64,000 bases of DNA from NCBI GenBank assembly GCA_963712745.1, contig CAVQJC010000017.1, positions 1-64,000 on the forward strand. Direction: 5' to 3'. This document shows positions 1 to 10,711 of this stretch, piece by piece. Position numbers and translations under genes: made by a program. Source of the stretch: an uncultured Chloroflexia bacterium (GTDB taxonomy: Bacteria; Chloroflexota; Limnocylindria; Limnocylindrales; CSP1-4). The notes beneath the pieces were generated by a model that saw only the letters and a program-made list of their open reading frames with translations, had not been told where the DNA came from and ran no database searches. The first letter of the stretch is position 1; each line of letters starts with the position of its first letter.

Positions 1-88
1 AGTGGCCACGGGCATCAGCCCGTCGGGCACGCGCAGCCGCATCGAGCGACTGCTGAAGAAGCTCCGAGAGGAACTGGGCGATGACTGA
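1..88 (+). CDS. ECF sigma factor, C-terminal end (5'-truncated by window)
   Basis: Frame 2 reads GISPSGTRSRIERLLKKLREELGDD*, matching the region-4 end of the sigma at 14426 (GISPSGTRTRLERLVKRLRKELGHG); stop overlaps the next ATG. Confidence 0.8.
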   Translation, partial: VATGISPSGTRSRIERLLKKLREELGDD

Positions 89-1476
89 CATGACCGCCTT
101 CGAGCGCCGGGTCGCCGACGCGATGGTGCGCCGAGCCGGCCCAGTCCGACCCGTCGATGACCTCGCGGTCTTCGAGCTCGTCATCGCCGCGAACCGACAG
201 CAGGGATGGGGGTTCACCATGCTCTCCGCACTCCAGTTCGTCGCCGCTGCCGCCATCCTGGCGCTGTTCGGCGGCTTCCTGCTCGCTGGTGTCCTCACCA
301 CACAGCAGGGGGATGACATGACCCCGGGGGCGGTGACCGAGTCACCCTCGCCGATGACGAGCGAGGAGTTGCTCTCGGGCATGGTCACTGAGGAGGTCGA
401 GCCGGGCGTCTACCGGGTCATCAACGATGGTGCGCGCGACCTCACGTATACGGGGGACCCCGAGGATTGGGAGCCCGGCATTGACCGCTTCCGGGTGGAC
501 GTCACCCCGGACGGCAGCGTCTGGCTGTCGGGCATCGGCGACGGGCAGGGCCTGTTCCACCTCGGCGAGGAGCGGGTGTTCGAGGGCCGCACGGCCTTCT
601 TCCCACCGTTCAGGAAGGTCGCTCCTGATGGCTCGCTCTGGTCTATCGATCGATCTCGATGGTCGCGGCATCTTCTCGTTCGATGGCGAGCGATGGACGG
701 TGCGGGCGACCACGACCGACCGCCTCTACGAGTTCGCCGTCGGACCCGACGGCACCGTCTGGCTAGGGGCAGTCGATCCGGACCGGCACTGCCCCGACGA
801 GGTTGACGCGTGCTACGACAGCGCCCTCCTCCGGCTCGAAGACGACGGCTCCCTCACGACCATCGAGGGCTGGTCCGATGTCCACGATGGTGACGCGTGG
901 CTGGGCAGTCAGGCGGTATCGCCCGACGGCGACGTATGGCTCGTCGGCCGGGGTGGCGAGACCAAGGATGGGACGGAGCTAGCCGGGGCGCTGCTGCGTT
1001 TCGATGGCGAGGGCTGGGAAGCCATCCCGGGTCCCGAGGGATGGGCCCCCGACGGATCTGATTGGCTCGCCATCGGCCCGGACGGCACGCTCTGGGTGGA
1101 CGCCAGCGGTGACGCCAACCGGGGCGCCCTCGCTCGATACGATGACGCGGGCTGGACCACGTTCACCGATGCCGACGGCGTGGAGCCGTGGCACGACACA
1201 TCCGGGTACTGGGGCTTCTTCATGCCACCCACTGTCGCCGCCGACGGCAGCCTCTGGCTCGAACGCTTCGAGGGCTATGACTGCGATGGTGCGGCCCACT
1301 ACGACGGCACGACATGGACCTCGTATCTGGAGGAGTACTGCATCAGCGACCTCGCCATCGCCCCTGATGGCAGTGTCTGGCTGGGGGCCGAGGCCCCCTA
1401 CGACGACGACACCGACATACACGGCCCGTCTGGCCTCTACGTCATCACCCCCGAGGCCGTGGCGGCCAAGGAGTAG
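81..1476 (+). CDS. Membrane-anchored anti-sigma-like protein with extracytoplasmic beta-propeller repeats; frameshift near 650
   Basis: ORF 81-806 gives the N-terminus and TM (AAAILALFGGFLLAG); ORF 427-1476 continues the PDG(S/T)xW repeats; junction contains tctatcgatcgatctcgat. Confidence 0.7.
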
Positions 1477-1504
1477 GGTCGCGGTCACGTTCGCGGTATG
1501 ACTC

Positions 1505-1530
1505 AGGCCCGTCCCGCGAGGGGCGGGCCT
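1505..1530 (+). terminator. GC-rich hairpin, probable terminator
   Basis: aggcccgtccc-gcga-ggggcgggcct just after the stop at 1476. Confidence 0.5.
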
Positions 1531-1647
1531 CGTCTCGGGCAGTCGAAGTCATGTTCGGCGATTTCCCGTCGCTCGTGGGGCCCCGCGCACTTGTGTAGCT
1601 CCTCTTCCTGGGCTTGGCACGGATACGGACCGCGGAGCTCATCGCGG

Positions 1648-1678
1648 CACGTGGGCGCCCCGTCACGCCCGTGGGCGA
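1648..1678 (+). repeat. Scaffold motif A, copy 1
   Basis: cacgtgggcgccccgtcacgcccgtgggcga; 30/31 identical to 38125-38155. Confidence 0.85.
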
Positions 1679-1704
1679 AGCTGGGCGGGCCCTACGACCG
1701 GCGT

Positions 1705-1789
1705 AATCAGGCGAAACTCGGCCGCGCGTGCACCACGCTCCGGGGTCCCCCGGGCGCCCACGTCAGCGCCATGTGGGTACCGGTGGTCC
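1705..1789 (-). repeat. Scaffold motif B (cos-like), copy 1
   Basis: aatcaggcgaaactcggccgcgcgtg...ggtcccccgggcgcccacgtcagcgccatgtgggtaccggtggtc; recurs at 17789, 24718, 41373, 61418. Confidence 0.85.
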
Positions 1790-1953
1790 ACCGCCCGGCC
1801 CAACGCCCCGTCCTGGCCTGCCTGGGGAGCGCGTAGCCGGGGCTTCGATGTAGTAGTCTCCCGCTCTGTCTAGACCGACCCAGCAGGGTCGTCGCGCAGC
1901 TCGACGGCGCCGCATCCCGTTGGCGCCGCAGGACGGGGGGATAGGAGGAAGCG

Positions 1954-2625
1954 TTGTCCCGTTCCCGCACCCTGGCCCTCGTCGGCGCAGCGGCCCTGCT
2001 GCTCGTGTCCGCCGCGCCCATCGTGGCCCAGGACGAGGCCACCACCGATGACAGCATGGACATGGAGGGCCTGACCCTCGATGTCGGCGGCGTCGAGTAC
2101 GCCTTCACGAACCTACCGACGAGCGTGCCCGCGGGCACGTCCCTGACCTTCACCAACAACGGTGCCGAGGTCCACGAGATGGTCGTCGTGCGCATCGCTG
2201 ACGGCGTCACCGAGAGCCTCGAGGAGATCCTGGCCATGGAGGCCGAGGGTCGTGACCCGATGGCCGAGGGCCTGGTCGAGATCGTGGGGGACATGCCGCT
2301 CTTCGCGGCACCGGGGACCACCGCCGAGGGCACCCGGACGCTCGAGAGCGAGGGACGCTACGTCGTCCTCTGCTTCATCCCCCAGGGCCTCACGGACATG
2401 TCGGTCCTCGAGCAGCTCGGTCCAGACGCGAACCCCGAGGATATGCCGCCCGAGGTCCAGGCGATCATGGCCAACCCGCCGCACCTGGCGCTGGGCATGA
2501 TCCAGGAGTTCACCGTCACCCCGGCGGGGACCGAGGTCGGCCCGCTGCCGGAGGCTGCTTCCGACGGGATGGCACCCGAGGACGAGGAGGCGGCTCCCGA
2601 GGACGAGGAGTCGGCGTCCGAGTAG
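1954..2625 (+). CDS. Secreted cupredoxin-like copper-binding protein
   Basis: Signal peptide; HEMVVVRI and LCFIP...HLALGM ligand pattern; AGGAGG RBS before TTG start. Confidence 0.65.
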   Translation: MSRSRTLALVGAAALLLVSAAPIVAQDEATTDDSMDMEGLTLDVGGVEYAFTNLPTSVPAGTSLTFTNNGAEVHEMVVVRIADGVTESLEEILAMEAEGRDPMAEGLVEIVGDMPLFAAPGTTAEGTRTLESEGRYVVLCFIPQGLTDMSVLEQLGPDANPEDMPPEVQAIMANPPHLALGMIQEFTVTPAGTEVGPLPEAASDGMAPEDEEAAPEDEESASE

Positions 2626-2645
2626 TCGCCGGTCACAGCGGATAG

Positions 2646-2682
2646 GAGACGGGTCTGGCCCAACAGCCAGGCCCGTTTCTTC
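2646..2682 (+). terminator. Intrinsic terminator
   Basis: gagacgggtctggc...gccaggcccgtttcttc hairpin with T-rich tail. Confidence 0.55.
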
Positions 2683-2723
2683 GTGTTCGCGGCTGTCGCA
2701 GCTCGGCCCGGCTGCAAGCGGCC

Positions 2724-3113
2724 TCACCGCCGCCGCTGGCTCAGCCCCTTGCGCGCGTTGCAGCTCGCGCAGAGCACGCCCGGCCGAGCAGGCAGCGGCT
2801 CGCCACCGAGGACGAGCGGCTCGGGATGATCGGCCGCGAGCTCGCCGGGTCGGACCGCGTGCGACTCTCGATGCCAGCCCGGACAGTGCCGGCCGTGGAC
2901 CGCGACGTGCGCCTCGACCGTCCGCTTCGCCAGCCGTCGCCACGCCGACGTCCGCCGCACCGGATGGTCGGGGGTTCGCCGGAAGCGGTTGGCGAAGCCC
3001 GGACGCCCGCAGCGGTCACAGCGGCGCTCGTTCGTCGTGGGCCAGCCGCAAGACCCCCTGTGGGCCTCGCAGCCCGACAGGCGCAGGCCCGTGAGCGTGC
3101 CATCGACCATCAA
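2724..3113 (-). CDS. Phage HNH endonuclease (HK97 gp74-like), scaffold C copy 1, apparently intact
   Basis: CPGW...ADH...GG...LCASCNARKG motif; N-terminal Cys/His cluster. Confidence 0.75.
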   Translation of the reverse strand: MMVDGTLTGLRLSGCEAHRGSCGWPTTNERRCDRCGRPGFANRFRRTPDHPVRRTSAWRRLAKRTVEAHVAVHGRHCPGWHRESHAVRPGELAADHPEPLVLGGEPLPARPGVLCASCNARKGLSQRRR

Positions 3114-3482
3114 GCTGCCTCAAGCAGCGTCGCGAGGTGGTGGCGCCAGGAGCGCTCGCTCCGGAGCCAGGCGGTGGCCCGCGCGACGGGGTCCTGGCGC
3201 TCGAGGCGGGCGAGGAGGATTCTCACCGACGACGTCGGGATAGAGCTCGTCAGATAGGTGAGCACGTCGGTCCTCGTGGAAGAGGCCAGCGGCGAGCTCT
3301 AGCGCCCACGTCAGAAGCGGGTGCGTTGGAACCGCCATCGGCTCAACCACCAGTCGTGGTCGTCGCGTCTTCGGTGAGCGGTAGCCAGCCCGTCGCCTCG
3401 CCTTCGCCCGCCCGCGTTCCCGCTGACGGTACGCCGGATGCGCTGCCCGCCATTGACGCCAGTAGTCGGGTGAGACCGGCAT
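3110..3482 (-). CDS. Phage-type hypothetical protein, frameshift near 3221
   Basis: MPVSPDYWRQWRAAHPAY...DVVGE continues in another frame as ILLARLERQDP...LLEAA*, overlapping the HNH start. Confidence 0.45.
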
Positions 3483-3720
3483 ACCCATCGGCTGCCCTCG
3501 CTTCGGGGAGGGTGGCACGGTCCCAGCAGCCGGCACAGATGCGGATCGAGGCGCGGGCGCTATTGCGTCCACTCTTCTTCGAGGTGATCGTCGCGGGGAA
3601 GGCGCCGTCGGTACCGCAGGCGAAGCAGCGCGCGAGGCGTCGCTGCGCCTGGGCGATCAGCCGCTCGACGTCACGGGCGGGCATGGCGTCGAGGGCATCG
3701 ACTATGGCCGACGTCTCCAC
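3343..3720 (-). CDS. Small CxxC...CxxC zinc-finger protein
   Basis: CFAC and CAGC motifs; tightly packed in the minus-strand operon; 3' end uncertain. Confidence 0.45.
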   Translation of the reverse strand: METSAIVDALDAMPARDVERLIAQAQRRLARCFACGTDGAFPATITSKKSGRNSARASIRICAGCWDRATLPEARAADGYAGLTRLLASMAGSASGVPSAGTRAGEGEATGWLPLTEDATTTTGG

Positions 3721-4031
3721 GTCAGGTCCGCACGACCGTCGCCGACGGTCCCATCGGATAGCCGCACGGCCTGACCCTCCGCAAGGGATGGGCTCGTCGT
3801 CGGCGTCACCTGCCGTCGGGCGACCCAGGCGGTGACGGCCTCGACGAAGGCGACCATGAGCGCCACCTGCTCACCCGACCAGCCAAGACCGAAGCCGACG
3901 AGCATCGTGACCGCCGCCCGGAACAGCCCGAACGTCAGGACCGGCTCCTCGCGGACCCGCAGCGAGACGGCCTCGCCGAGTCCCTGCAGCCCGCCCTGGA
4001 GCCAGGCGAGGAGGTCGGCGAGCAGGCTCAC
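3702..4031 (-). CDS. Holin-like membrane protein
   Basis: REEPVLTFGLFRAAVTMLVGFGLGWSGEQVALMVAFVEAVTAWVARRQVTP resembles actinophage-type holins; follows the peptidase gene. Confidence 0.55.
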   Translation of the reverse strand: MSLLADLLAWLQGGLQGLGEAVSLRVREEPVLTFGLFRAAVTMLVGFGLGWSGEQVALMVAFVEAVTAWVARRQVTPTTSPSLAEGQAVRLSDGTVGDGRADLTWRRRP

Positions 4032-4895
4032 GCCGCAGTCCTCCGCGCCTCGACGAGATCGCGGATGGCGACCCACTCGGCGTCGAGCGCCTCGGTGATG
4101 GCCGGTGCGCAGTCGACGGGGCCACCCGCTTCGAGCTCCGCGATCCGAGCGCGCAGGCGCTGCTCGGTCCGGACAGCCTGTTTGGCTGCCGTAGCGGCTT
4201 CCTCCTCGATGCGGTCGATGCGCGTGGCGAGCCGGCGGCGGACGAGGCTCTCCACCGTCCAGGCCCCATACCGTTCGACCCAGACCGCGGTGAGTGTGGA
4301 GTCGGAGTCACGGAAGGCGAACTGGCGCACCTGTTTGGCGGTGATCCACTCGCCCCGGAGGTGCTTGCCGCCCGGACGGTAGGGGTCATCGACGAGGATC
4401 TCGAGGCCGTCCTTCCGTTGTCGGGCCCGGAGCGAGCGCGATGGCGTGGCCGACGTCACCGACCCGCTTCAGGGGCGAGGGTCCCTCGATGTGGTTGGGG
4501 TTGCCCGCGAGGACGGCGAGGTGCTTGTCCTGGAGAAGCGCGACGAGCGTCTTGAAGTCGATGTCGTCGGTCCGTAGCGTCGGGTAGGCGGGCCACAGGA
4601 GGGCCACCATCCGGCCTGCGGCCGAGGCGGGCAGGGGTCCGCGCTGCTGCTCGTGGGTAGCCGTGTCCGGGTCGTCGAGTCCTTTCCTCATCTTCACAGC
4701 GGTCCGGACGAGCGCCGCCGTCGAGGGCTCGTGACCCGCTGGTGTGCGGGTGGCCTCGCCGAGGCTGGCGCCGTTGACCAGGGCGAGCGTCGAACAGACC
4801 AGGCAGTCGTCGACCCCGTCGGCCGAGAGCTTCGTCGCCAGCTGCGAGGTGTGCGGCGGGAGGTACCGCGCTGGGTCGGTCCCGTAGGCGGCCAT
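4028..4895 (-). CDS. C39-peptidase-like putative endolysin with coiled-coil tail; frameshift near 4420
   Basis: Q..., DCLVCS, GHAIAL then ILVDDP give a Cys-His-Asp order across ORFs 4386-4895 and 4028-4459. Confidence 0.5.
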
Positions 4896-5095
4896 CAGGG
4901 ACGGACCCTGGGCAGGTCGACCGAGAGCAGGCCGGCCGCGGTCAGCAGCAGCGGCACGAGCACCGGCGGGCTCACCTCGTAGCCCTCGACGATGACGTCC
5001 AGGACCACGATGAGCACCACCACGGCGATGAGCAGGACCGCCGAGACCTGTCGGGCCCAGCGGTACTCGGACGGTGGATGACGGTCATCGGTCAT
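4895..5095 (-). CDS. Small two-TM membrane protein (second holin-like gene)
   Basis: Two hydrophobic helices; stop overlaps the start of the peptidase gene. Confidence 0.5.
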   Translation of the reverse strand: MTDDRHPPSEYRWARQVSAVLLIAVVVLIVVLDVIVEGYEVSPPVLVPLLLTAAGLLSVDLPRVRP

Positions 5096-5295
5096 GCCGG
5101 CGGACCGGGAAGCAGCCCCGGTCCACGAGCCAGGGGATGACGACGGCACCCGACTGACGAGGCCGAAGAGGTAGCAGGCGGCCGCCGAAGAGGACGAGCT
5201 CGAGGGGGCTCATCGGCGGGGGTGCGTCGGCCGGGCGGGGGGAGTTCGCCCGGCCCGACGCGAGTGGAGGAGGGGAGGACGTCCGTGCACCTCCC

Positions 5296-5365
5296 CGGTC
5301 TACGGGCCGGTCAGGCGGGCGTCAAGCGATGGGGCGTACGGGTGTTCGGGAAGTCGAACCGATGT
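5296..5365 (-). promoter_or_regulatory. Scaffold motif D copy 1: sigma70-like promoter facing the lysis-HNH operon
   Basis: Minus strand TTGACG-17bp-TAGACC; 5312-5365 is 44/54 identical, ungapped, to 28001-28054. Confidence 0.6.
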
Positions 5366-5537
5366 CGTACGTGGCATGTGCGCTACTGCGGCGCTACACC
5401 CAGACGAGGCTGGTGCGAGGACTTGACACACGGCGGGGCTTTCGAGCGGTGGCAGAAGGGCCTGCGGCGCTCGAACCGCACGATGATCGGGTGCTCGTCG
5501 AGAGCGGCAGGGTGCTCTGCCATCGTATCCTCACTCG

Positions 5538-7854
5538 ATGTACGGCCAGACCAGGCAGAAGGGCGAAGCCAGCACGGTCCGCGGGGAGCAGCGCGCGGCG
5601 TTCCGGCCGCCCCTCCCGCTCATCGAGGCCAAGCTCCGCCCGCGCACGTCGCCCCCGGTGATCGTGCCGCGAGAGCGGCTCATCCGCCAGCTCATAGCCG
5701 AGCCGCGGAAGCCGATCGTGTCGGTCACCGCACCACCCGGTTACGGCAAGACGGTGCTGCTCTCCCAATGGGCGGCACGGGAAGAGCGACATGTCGCCTG
5801 GCTGACGCTCGACGATCTCGACAATGACCCCAGCGTCTTTCTCACGAACCTCGCTTCGTCACTCGACCGGATTCGACCGATCGACGCCTCGATGGGAGCT
5901 GCCATCGCCGTCCATGGACATCGGATCCTCGCGACCGCCGTGCCACGGATCGCCTGGGAACTGTCCCGCTGGGAGCAGCCCGGCCTGCTCATCCTCGATG
6001 ACGTCCACCAGCTGACCCATCGGATCTGTCTCGATGCCCTGGCTCAGCTCCTCGATCTCCTACCCCCTGGCTTCCAGGTCGCCATGGCAGCGAGGGTCGA
6101 CCTCGATCTGCCGCTGGCGCGGTATCGGGCGCGGCAGGCGCTGCTCGAGCTCGGCGGCGCGGACCTCGCGCTGGACCCGGCGGAGACGCTCGCCCTCGTG
6201 GCCGCGATGGGCGACCCGCTCGATGCGACCGGGGCCCGGCTCCTCAGCGAGCGGACCGAGGGCTGGGCTGCCGGCATCTACCTCTTGACCCTCGAGCGGA
6301 CACGACACGACGGGGTCCACAGCGCAACCGACATCTCGGGCGGGGTCGGCTACGTCGCTGAGTATCTGCGGGCGGAGCTCGAGCGAGACCTGAGCGACAG
6401 CGACGTCGCCCTCCTCACGCGGACATCGATCCTCGACGTCGTCGAGCCGAGCCTTGCCGAGTCCGTCGCTGCCGTCTCGCGTGCCGAGGAGCGGCTGAGT
6501 TCGCTGGCGCACGCGAACCAGCTGATCGGTCGGGTCGAGGGTCCGGAGCGTGGCCTTTCGTTACCACACGCTGCTGCGTGACTTCCTGGCAGCGGAGCTC
6601 GAGCGACGTGAGCCAGGAACGGCGCCCGAGCTTCATCGCCGGGCCGCGGCCTGGTATGCCGACCACGGACGCACGGAGCTGGCGATCGAGCATGCGCTGG
6701 CCGGTGGGGATATGGACGGCGCGGCTCCGCTCGTCACCGCCGCGGTCCTGTCGATGCATCACGGTGGCCATGACGATCGGCTGCAACGTTGGCTCGGCAG
6801 CTTCGACGACACGGTGGTCGCGCGACACCCATCGCTGGCGGTGGTCGCTGCCTGGATCTACGCGGTCAACGGGCGACCGGGCGCCGCCGACCACATGGCC
6901 GACATCGCGGAGCGGTTCGACATCACCGGCGCACCTGACGACGGCGCGTCGTCGTTCGGATCGTCGAAGGCGATGCTGCGCGCGGCCCTGGCCCGAAGCG
7001 GACCTGCCGCGATGCTCTCGGATGCGGCGCTCGCGGCAGCGGAAGAGGGAGCGGGTCGTCGATGGCGCATGTACGCGTTCACGCTGCTCGGGTGGGCGCA
7101 CCGCCTGCTGGGCGATGCCGACGCGGCCGACGCAGCCTTCGCGGAGGCTGTCGCCTCGGCCAGGGTGAGCGGCGTCAACCCCTTCATCGCCCTGGCAAGC
7201 CGCGCGTCGAACGCGATCGATACGGGGGATTGGCACGCTGCAGAACGGCTGGCCCAGGAGAGCCATGAGGAGTTCAGGCGGACCAACCTCGGGGAGATCG
7301 CCTCGTCGCTCCTCGCTCACGCGGTCGCGGCCCGCGTGGCGATCCACAACGGGGACCAGGCACAAGGCCAGGCTGAGCTCGTCCACGCGCAACTGGCCCG
7401 TCCGCAGGCCTCCTACGCTCTGCCCTGGCTCGCCGTGGCTGCACTGCTCGACCTCGCGCGTGCCTATCTCGCGGTCGCGGATATCGGAGGCGCCCGTGCC
7501 ACGGTCGTCGAAGCCGAACGGATCGCTCGACGACGCCCGCAGCTGGGGACGCTCATCGCTGAGCTCGATGACATCCGGCGGCAGCTGGCCGACGCCAGCG
7601 AGACCCTCGTGGGCTCGTCTGCTCTCACCCCCGCCGAGCTGCGCTTGCTGCCCTTCCTCTCGACCTATCTGACGTTCGAGGAGATCGCCGGCCGGCTGTC
7701 GCTGTCACGCCACACGATCAAGAGCCAGGCCATCGCCGTCTACGCCAAGCTTCAGGCCACGAGCCGCAGCCAGGCCGTCGAGCGGGCCATCGAGCTGGGC
7801 CTGATCGAGCCTCTACCGGACCTGCTGCTCGCGCGTGGGACGCCGGAGGACTGA
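5538..7854 (+). CDS. MalT-like LuxR-family regulator (ATPase + HTH); frameshift near 6545
   Basis: APPGYGKT Walker A, LILDDVH, TEGWAAG, FRYHTLLRDFL, C-terminal LTPAELRLL HTH. Confidence 0.85.
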
Positions 7855-7891
7855 CCGCCGGCAGGCTGGGTCAGGACTCGACAATCCCGGG

Positions 7892-8293
7892 CTAGAGCCC
7901 GCCGTGGTGCTCCTTGACGGGCAGCCCGGCCTCTCTCCAGGCGGTGATCCCGCCGTCGAGGTTGGCGACACGCTCGTAGCCCATCTCCTGCATCGACAGC
8001 GCCGCGAGCGCCCCGCGGGCGCCCGAGTTGCAGTAGATGATCACGCGGCGAGTCGGCTCCAGGTCGTACTTGAGGCTGGGCGGCAGACGTGGTCCACACT
8101 CGGGGTCCGAGACGAACTCGAGCAAGCCCCGGGGGATCTGGTAGGCGCCCTCGATGTGGTGCTCCCACTCCACGGGCTCCCGGACGTCGACGAAGACGGC
8201 AGTTCCGGCTTCGAGCTCCGCCTGTGCGTCCGTCGGTGACACGGCCTCGATCTTCGTGCTGGCCTCCAGGACCAGGTCTCGCACACTCTTCAC
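7892..8293 (-). CDS. Rhodanese-like protein
   Basis: VDVREPVEW, IPRGLLE, YCNSGARG, LDGGITAW; strong RBS before GTG. Confidence 0.85.
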   Translation of the reverse strand: MKSVRDLVLEASTKIEAVSPTDAQAELEAGTAVFVDVREPVEWEHHIEGAYQIPRGLLEFVSDPECGPRLPPSLKYDLEPTRRVIIYCNSGARGALAALSMQEMGYERVANLDGGITAWREAGLPVKEHHGGL

Positions 8294-8485
8294 GATGCGT
8301 CCTCCTCTCCACTCGCGGTGGCCTGCTTGCGGCCAGTCAAGCGTGGTCGCGGGCGGCAGGCATCGGGCGATTCGTCCGATGTGGACCGCGAGGGGACGGG
8401 CCCAGATTGCGCGCATGACGCCACGACCCGGCGCGGCAGCTGGCCGAAGGACGGCCCGAGTCGTGCCGCAGAAAGGAAGGCGCTG

Positions 8486-9667
8486 ATGAACGCTCAGACC
8501 ACAGCCGCCCAGGGGCGGGTCGCCACGACCGTTCCCCTCGATTGGAGCGAAGTCTGGTTCACCAACTGCCCCATGGTCTCCGCCAACAACGTGGACCAGG
8601 AGCTGGGGTGGTGCCGCGAGGAGTACAAGAAGATCGGCGTCGAGTACGCCTACTTCCGCCACGCCCCGGAGAACAACTGGTACCCGCACTACATCCACAA
8701 CCTCGACAACCTCATCCGCTTCGGTGGCCTCTATCCGCCGATCCACGTCCACGCCGACATCCGCCGCACGGTGCTGCTCGGAGCGACGTGGGTCTACGAG
8801 GGCGGCTGCATGGCCGTGCGCGCGCGCGACGGGATGCATCGGATGGAGGACCTGAAGGGCAAGAAGATCGGCATCTCCAAGAGCCTGAACACCATCAAGA
8901 ACGACTGGTGGCGGATCCAGGAGCACATGGGCATCGAGAACATGCTGGCGCTCCACGACATGACGATGGACGACATCGAACTGGTGGAGTTCCCCTACCC
9001 AGACGACTGGTATGACAAGCCAGAGATGCTCGTCCCGCCCATGAACAACCCCTCAGAGTTGTGGATGCGCCGCGACCACAAGCACGACCTGGCGTTCCGC
9101 CCGCTGGAGTCGGCACTGCTCGCCGGCACCGTGGATGCCATCTACACCCAGAGCAAGGTCTTCCAGCACCTCCAAGAGGCGACCGGCCAGATCACGATGA
9201 TCGAGGACCTCTCGAGGTACCCCGACTGGACCATCCAGGTCGCCAACACGCCCGCCGTCATCACCTGCACCGACGTCATGGCTGATGAGCACCCCGAGCT
9301 CGTCCTCGCCTACATGCGAGCGATGATCAAGGTCGGTCGATGGGCCAACGAGCACAAGCGTGCCGCTGGCGCGATCCTCAACCGCCAGACCTTCTACCTC
9401 GATGCCGAGGACACCTACCAGGGCATCAGGGACGTGGACATGGTGCCGAGCCTGAGCGCGCAGAACATGCAGTGCATCAGGATCGGCAAGGACTTCATGG
9501 TCAGCCACGGCTACATCAAGAACGATTTCGACGTCGACGAGTGGGCTCGTCCCGAGTTCCTGGAGCAGGCGGCGACGCAGGTGCTCGAGGAGGAATGGGA
9601 GCGACGGAGCTGGAGCAAGCTGCCCGCGGGTGGCGGACTCGAGGTGGAAGGCACCCGGCTCGGGTAG
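8486..9667 (+). CDS. DszB-like desulfinase / SsuA-fold protein
   Basis: FTNCPMVSA and HYIHNLDNLIRFGGLYPP parallel the DszB Cys27/His60/Arg70 motifs; DLKGKKIG; no signal peptide. Confidence 0.7.
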   Translation: MNAQTTAAQGRVATTVPLDWSEVWFTNCPMVSANNVDQELGWCREEYKKIGVEYAYFRHAPENNWYPHYIHNLDNLIRFGGLYPPIHVHADIRRTVLLGATWVYEGGCMAVRARDGMHRMEDLKGKKIGISKSLNTIKNDWWRIQEHMGIENMLALHDMTMDDIELVEFPYPDDWYDKPEMLVPPMNNPSELWMRRDHKHDLAFRPLESALLAGTVDAIYTQSKVFQHLQEATGQITMIEDLSRYPDWTIQVANTPAVITCTDVMADEHPELVLAYMRAMIKVGRWANEHKRAAGAILNRQTFYLDAEDTYQGIRDVDMVPSLSAQNMQCIRIGKDFMVSHGYIKNDFDVDEWARPEFLEQAATQVLEEEWERRSWSKLPAGGGLEVEGTRLG

Positions 9668-9736
9668 TCGACGACAGGCTGGACAGATCGCAGCCGAGAA
9701 CTTGCGCGCAGCGCAACCGATCAGGAGGAAACCAGC

Positions 9737-10003
9737 ATGCCACTCGGACCACGAAGAGGACCCGGACGAGGACCCGCCCCTGCCATGCGAGCGATGCGTC
9801 GCCGTCGCCGTCGCCGCCGGCTGCTGGTGGGCGGGATGCTCGCCTTCGGCGCCTACAAGATGAGCAAGCAGCAGGCCGAGCAGGTCCAGCAGCACACCGG
9901 TGTCGACCCCGAGGAGCAGACCGATCAGGAGCTGGCACAGGCGATGGATGAGCTCGGCATCGAGAAGCAGGAAGTCACTGACGCGGACAAGGACGCCGAG
10001 TGA
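9737..10003 (+). CDS. Small hypothetical protein (poly-Arg, hydrophobic stretch, acidic tail)
   Basis: AGGAGG RBS; stop overlaps the next gene. Confidence 0.65.
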   Translation: MPLGPRRGPGRGPAPAMRAMRRRRRRRRLLVGGMLAFGAYKMSKQQAEQVQQHTGVDPEEQTDQELAQAMDELGIEKQEVTDADKDAE

Positions 10004-10554
10004 CCAGCGGTCACCCGGACGATTCGATCGCCCAGGAGCGGCGGACGAGCCTTGGGCTCTACGTCACCGCCATGGAGGCGTACGACATGTGGCAGGCCGA
10101 TCCTGACCTGAAGATCCTCGACTGCCGTACGCCGGAGGAGTACGTCTTCGTCGGCCATCCCCCGATGGCCGTCAACATCCCGTTCGCCTTCCAGTCCTTC
10201 GAGTGGGATACCAAGCGGCAGGGCTTCCGCTGGGATCTCAATCCTGAGTTCATGTCGGCGGTGACACGCTGGGCCCGGCCCGACGAGACGATCCTAGTCT
10301 CGTGCCGCTCCGGTGGTCGCGCCGCGATGGCCATCGAGGTGATGGCCAAGGCCGGCTTCAGCAAGGCCTACAACATCCTCGACGGCATGGAGGGGGGCAA
10401 GGTCAAGGATCCCGAGAGCGTCTTCGATGGCATGCGCATGAAGAACGGCTGGAAGAACTCCGGACTGCCCTGGACGTACGAGCTCGACCGCGAGCGGATG
10501 CGGCTCCCGGCACGGGAGAGCCGCATGCTTCACCCGGGGAACGAGCACGACTGA
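10000..10554 (+). CDS. Rhodanese-like sulfurtransferase
   Basis: ILDCRTPEEYVFVGH, CRSGGRAA, NGWKNSGLPW. Confidence 0.85.
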   Translation: MTSGHPDDSIAQERRTSLGLYVTAMEAYDMWQADPDLKILDCRTPEEYVFVGHPPMAVNIPFAFQSFEWDTKRQGFRWDLNPEFMSAVTRWARPDETILVSCRSGGRAAMAIEVMAKAGFSKAYNILDGMEGGKVKDPESVFDGMRMKNGWKNSGLPWTYELDRERMRLPARESRMLHPGNEHD

Positions 10555-10711
10555 TCCGTCGCCCCGTGGGCCCTGACGGGCCCGCGCCGGTCAGTAGGGC
10601 GCAAGCACGAGACCGAGCCGAACCAAGTCATGGGCCGCGGCCAGGCCGGGCACCACGACGAGCGTGGGCCCAGGGCTGTGGACCACACAACCGCAGTAGG
10701 ATTGAGGAGTC

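Noticed and set aside
1707-1772. Recurrent peptide MALTWAPGGPRSVVHARPSFA as a real gene
   Set aside because: Start codon and frame are not kept across the five B copies
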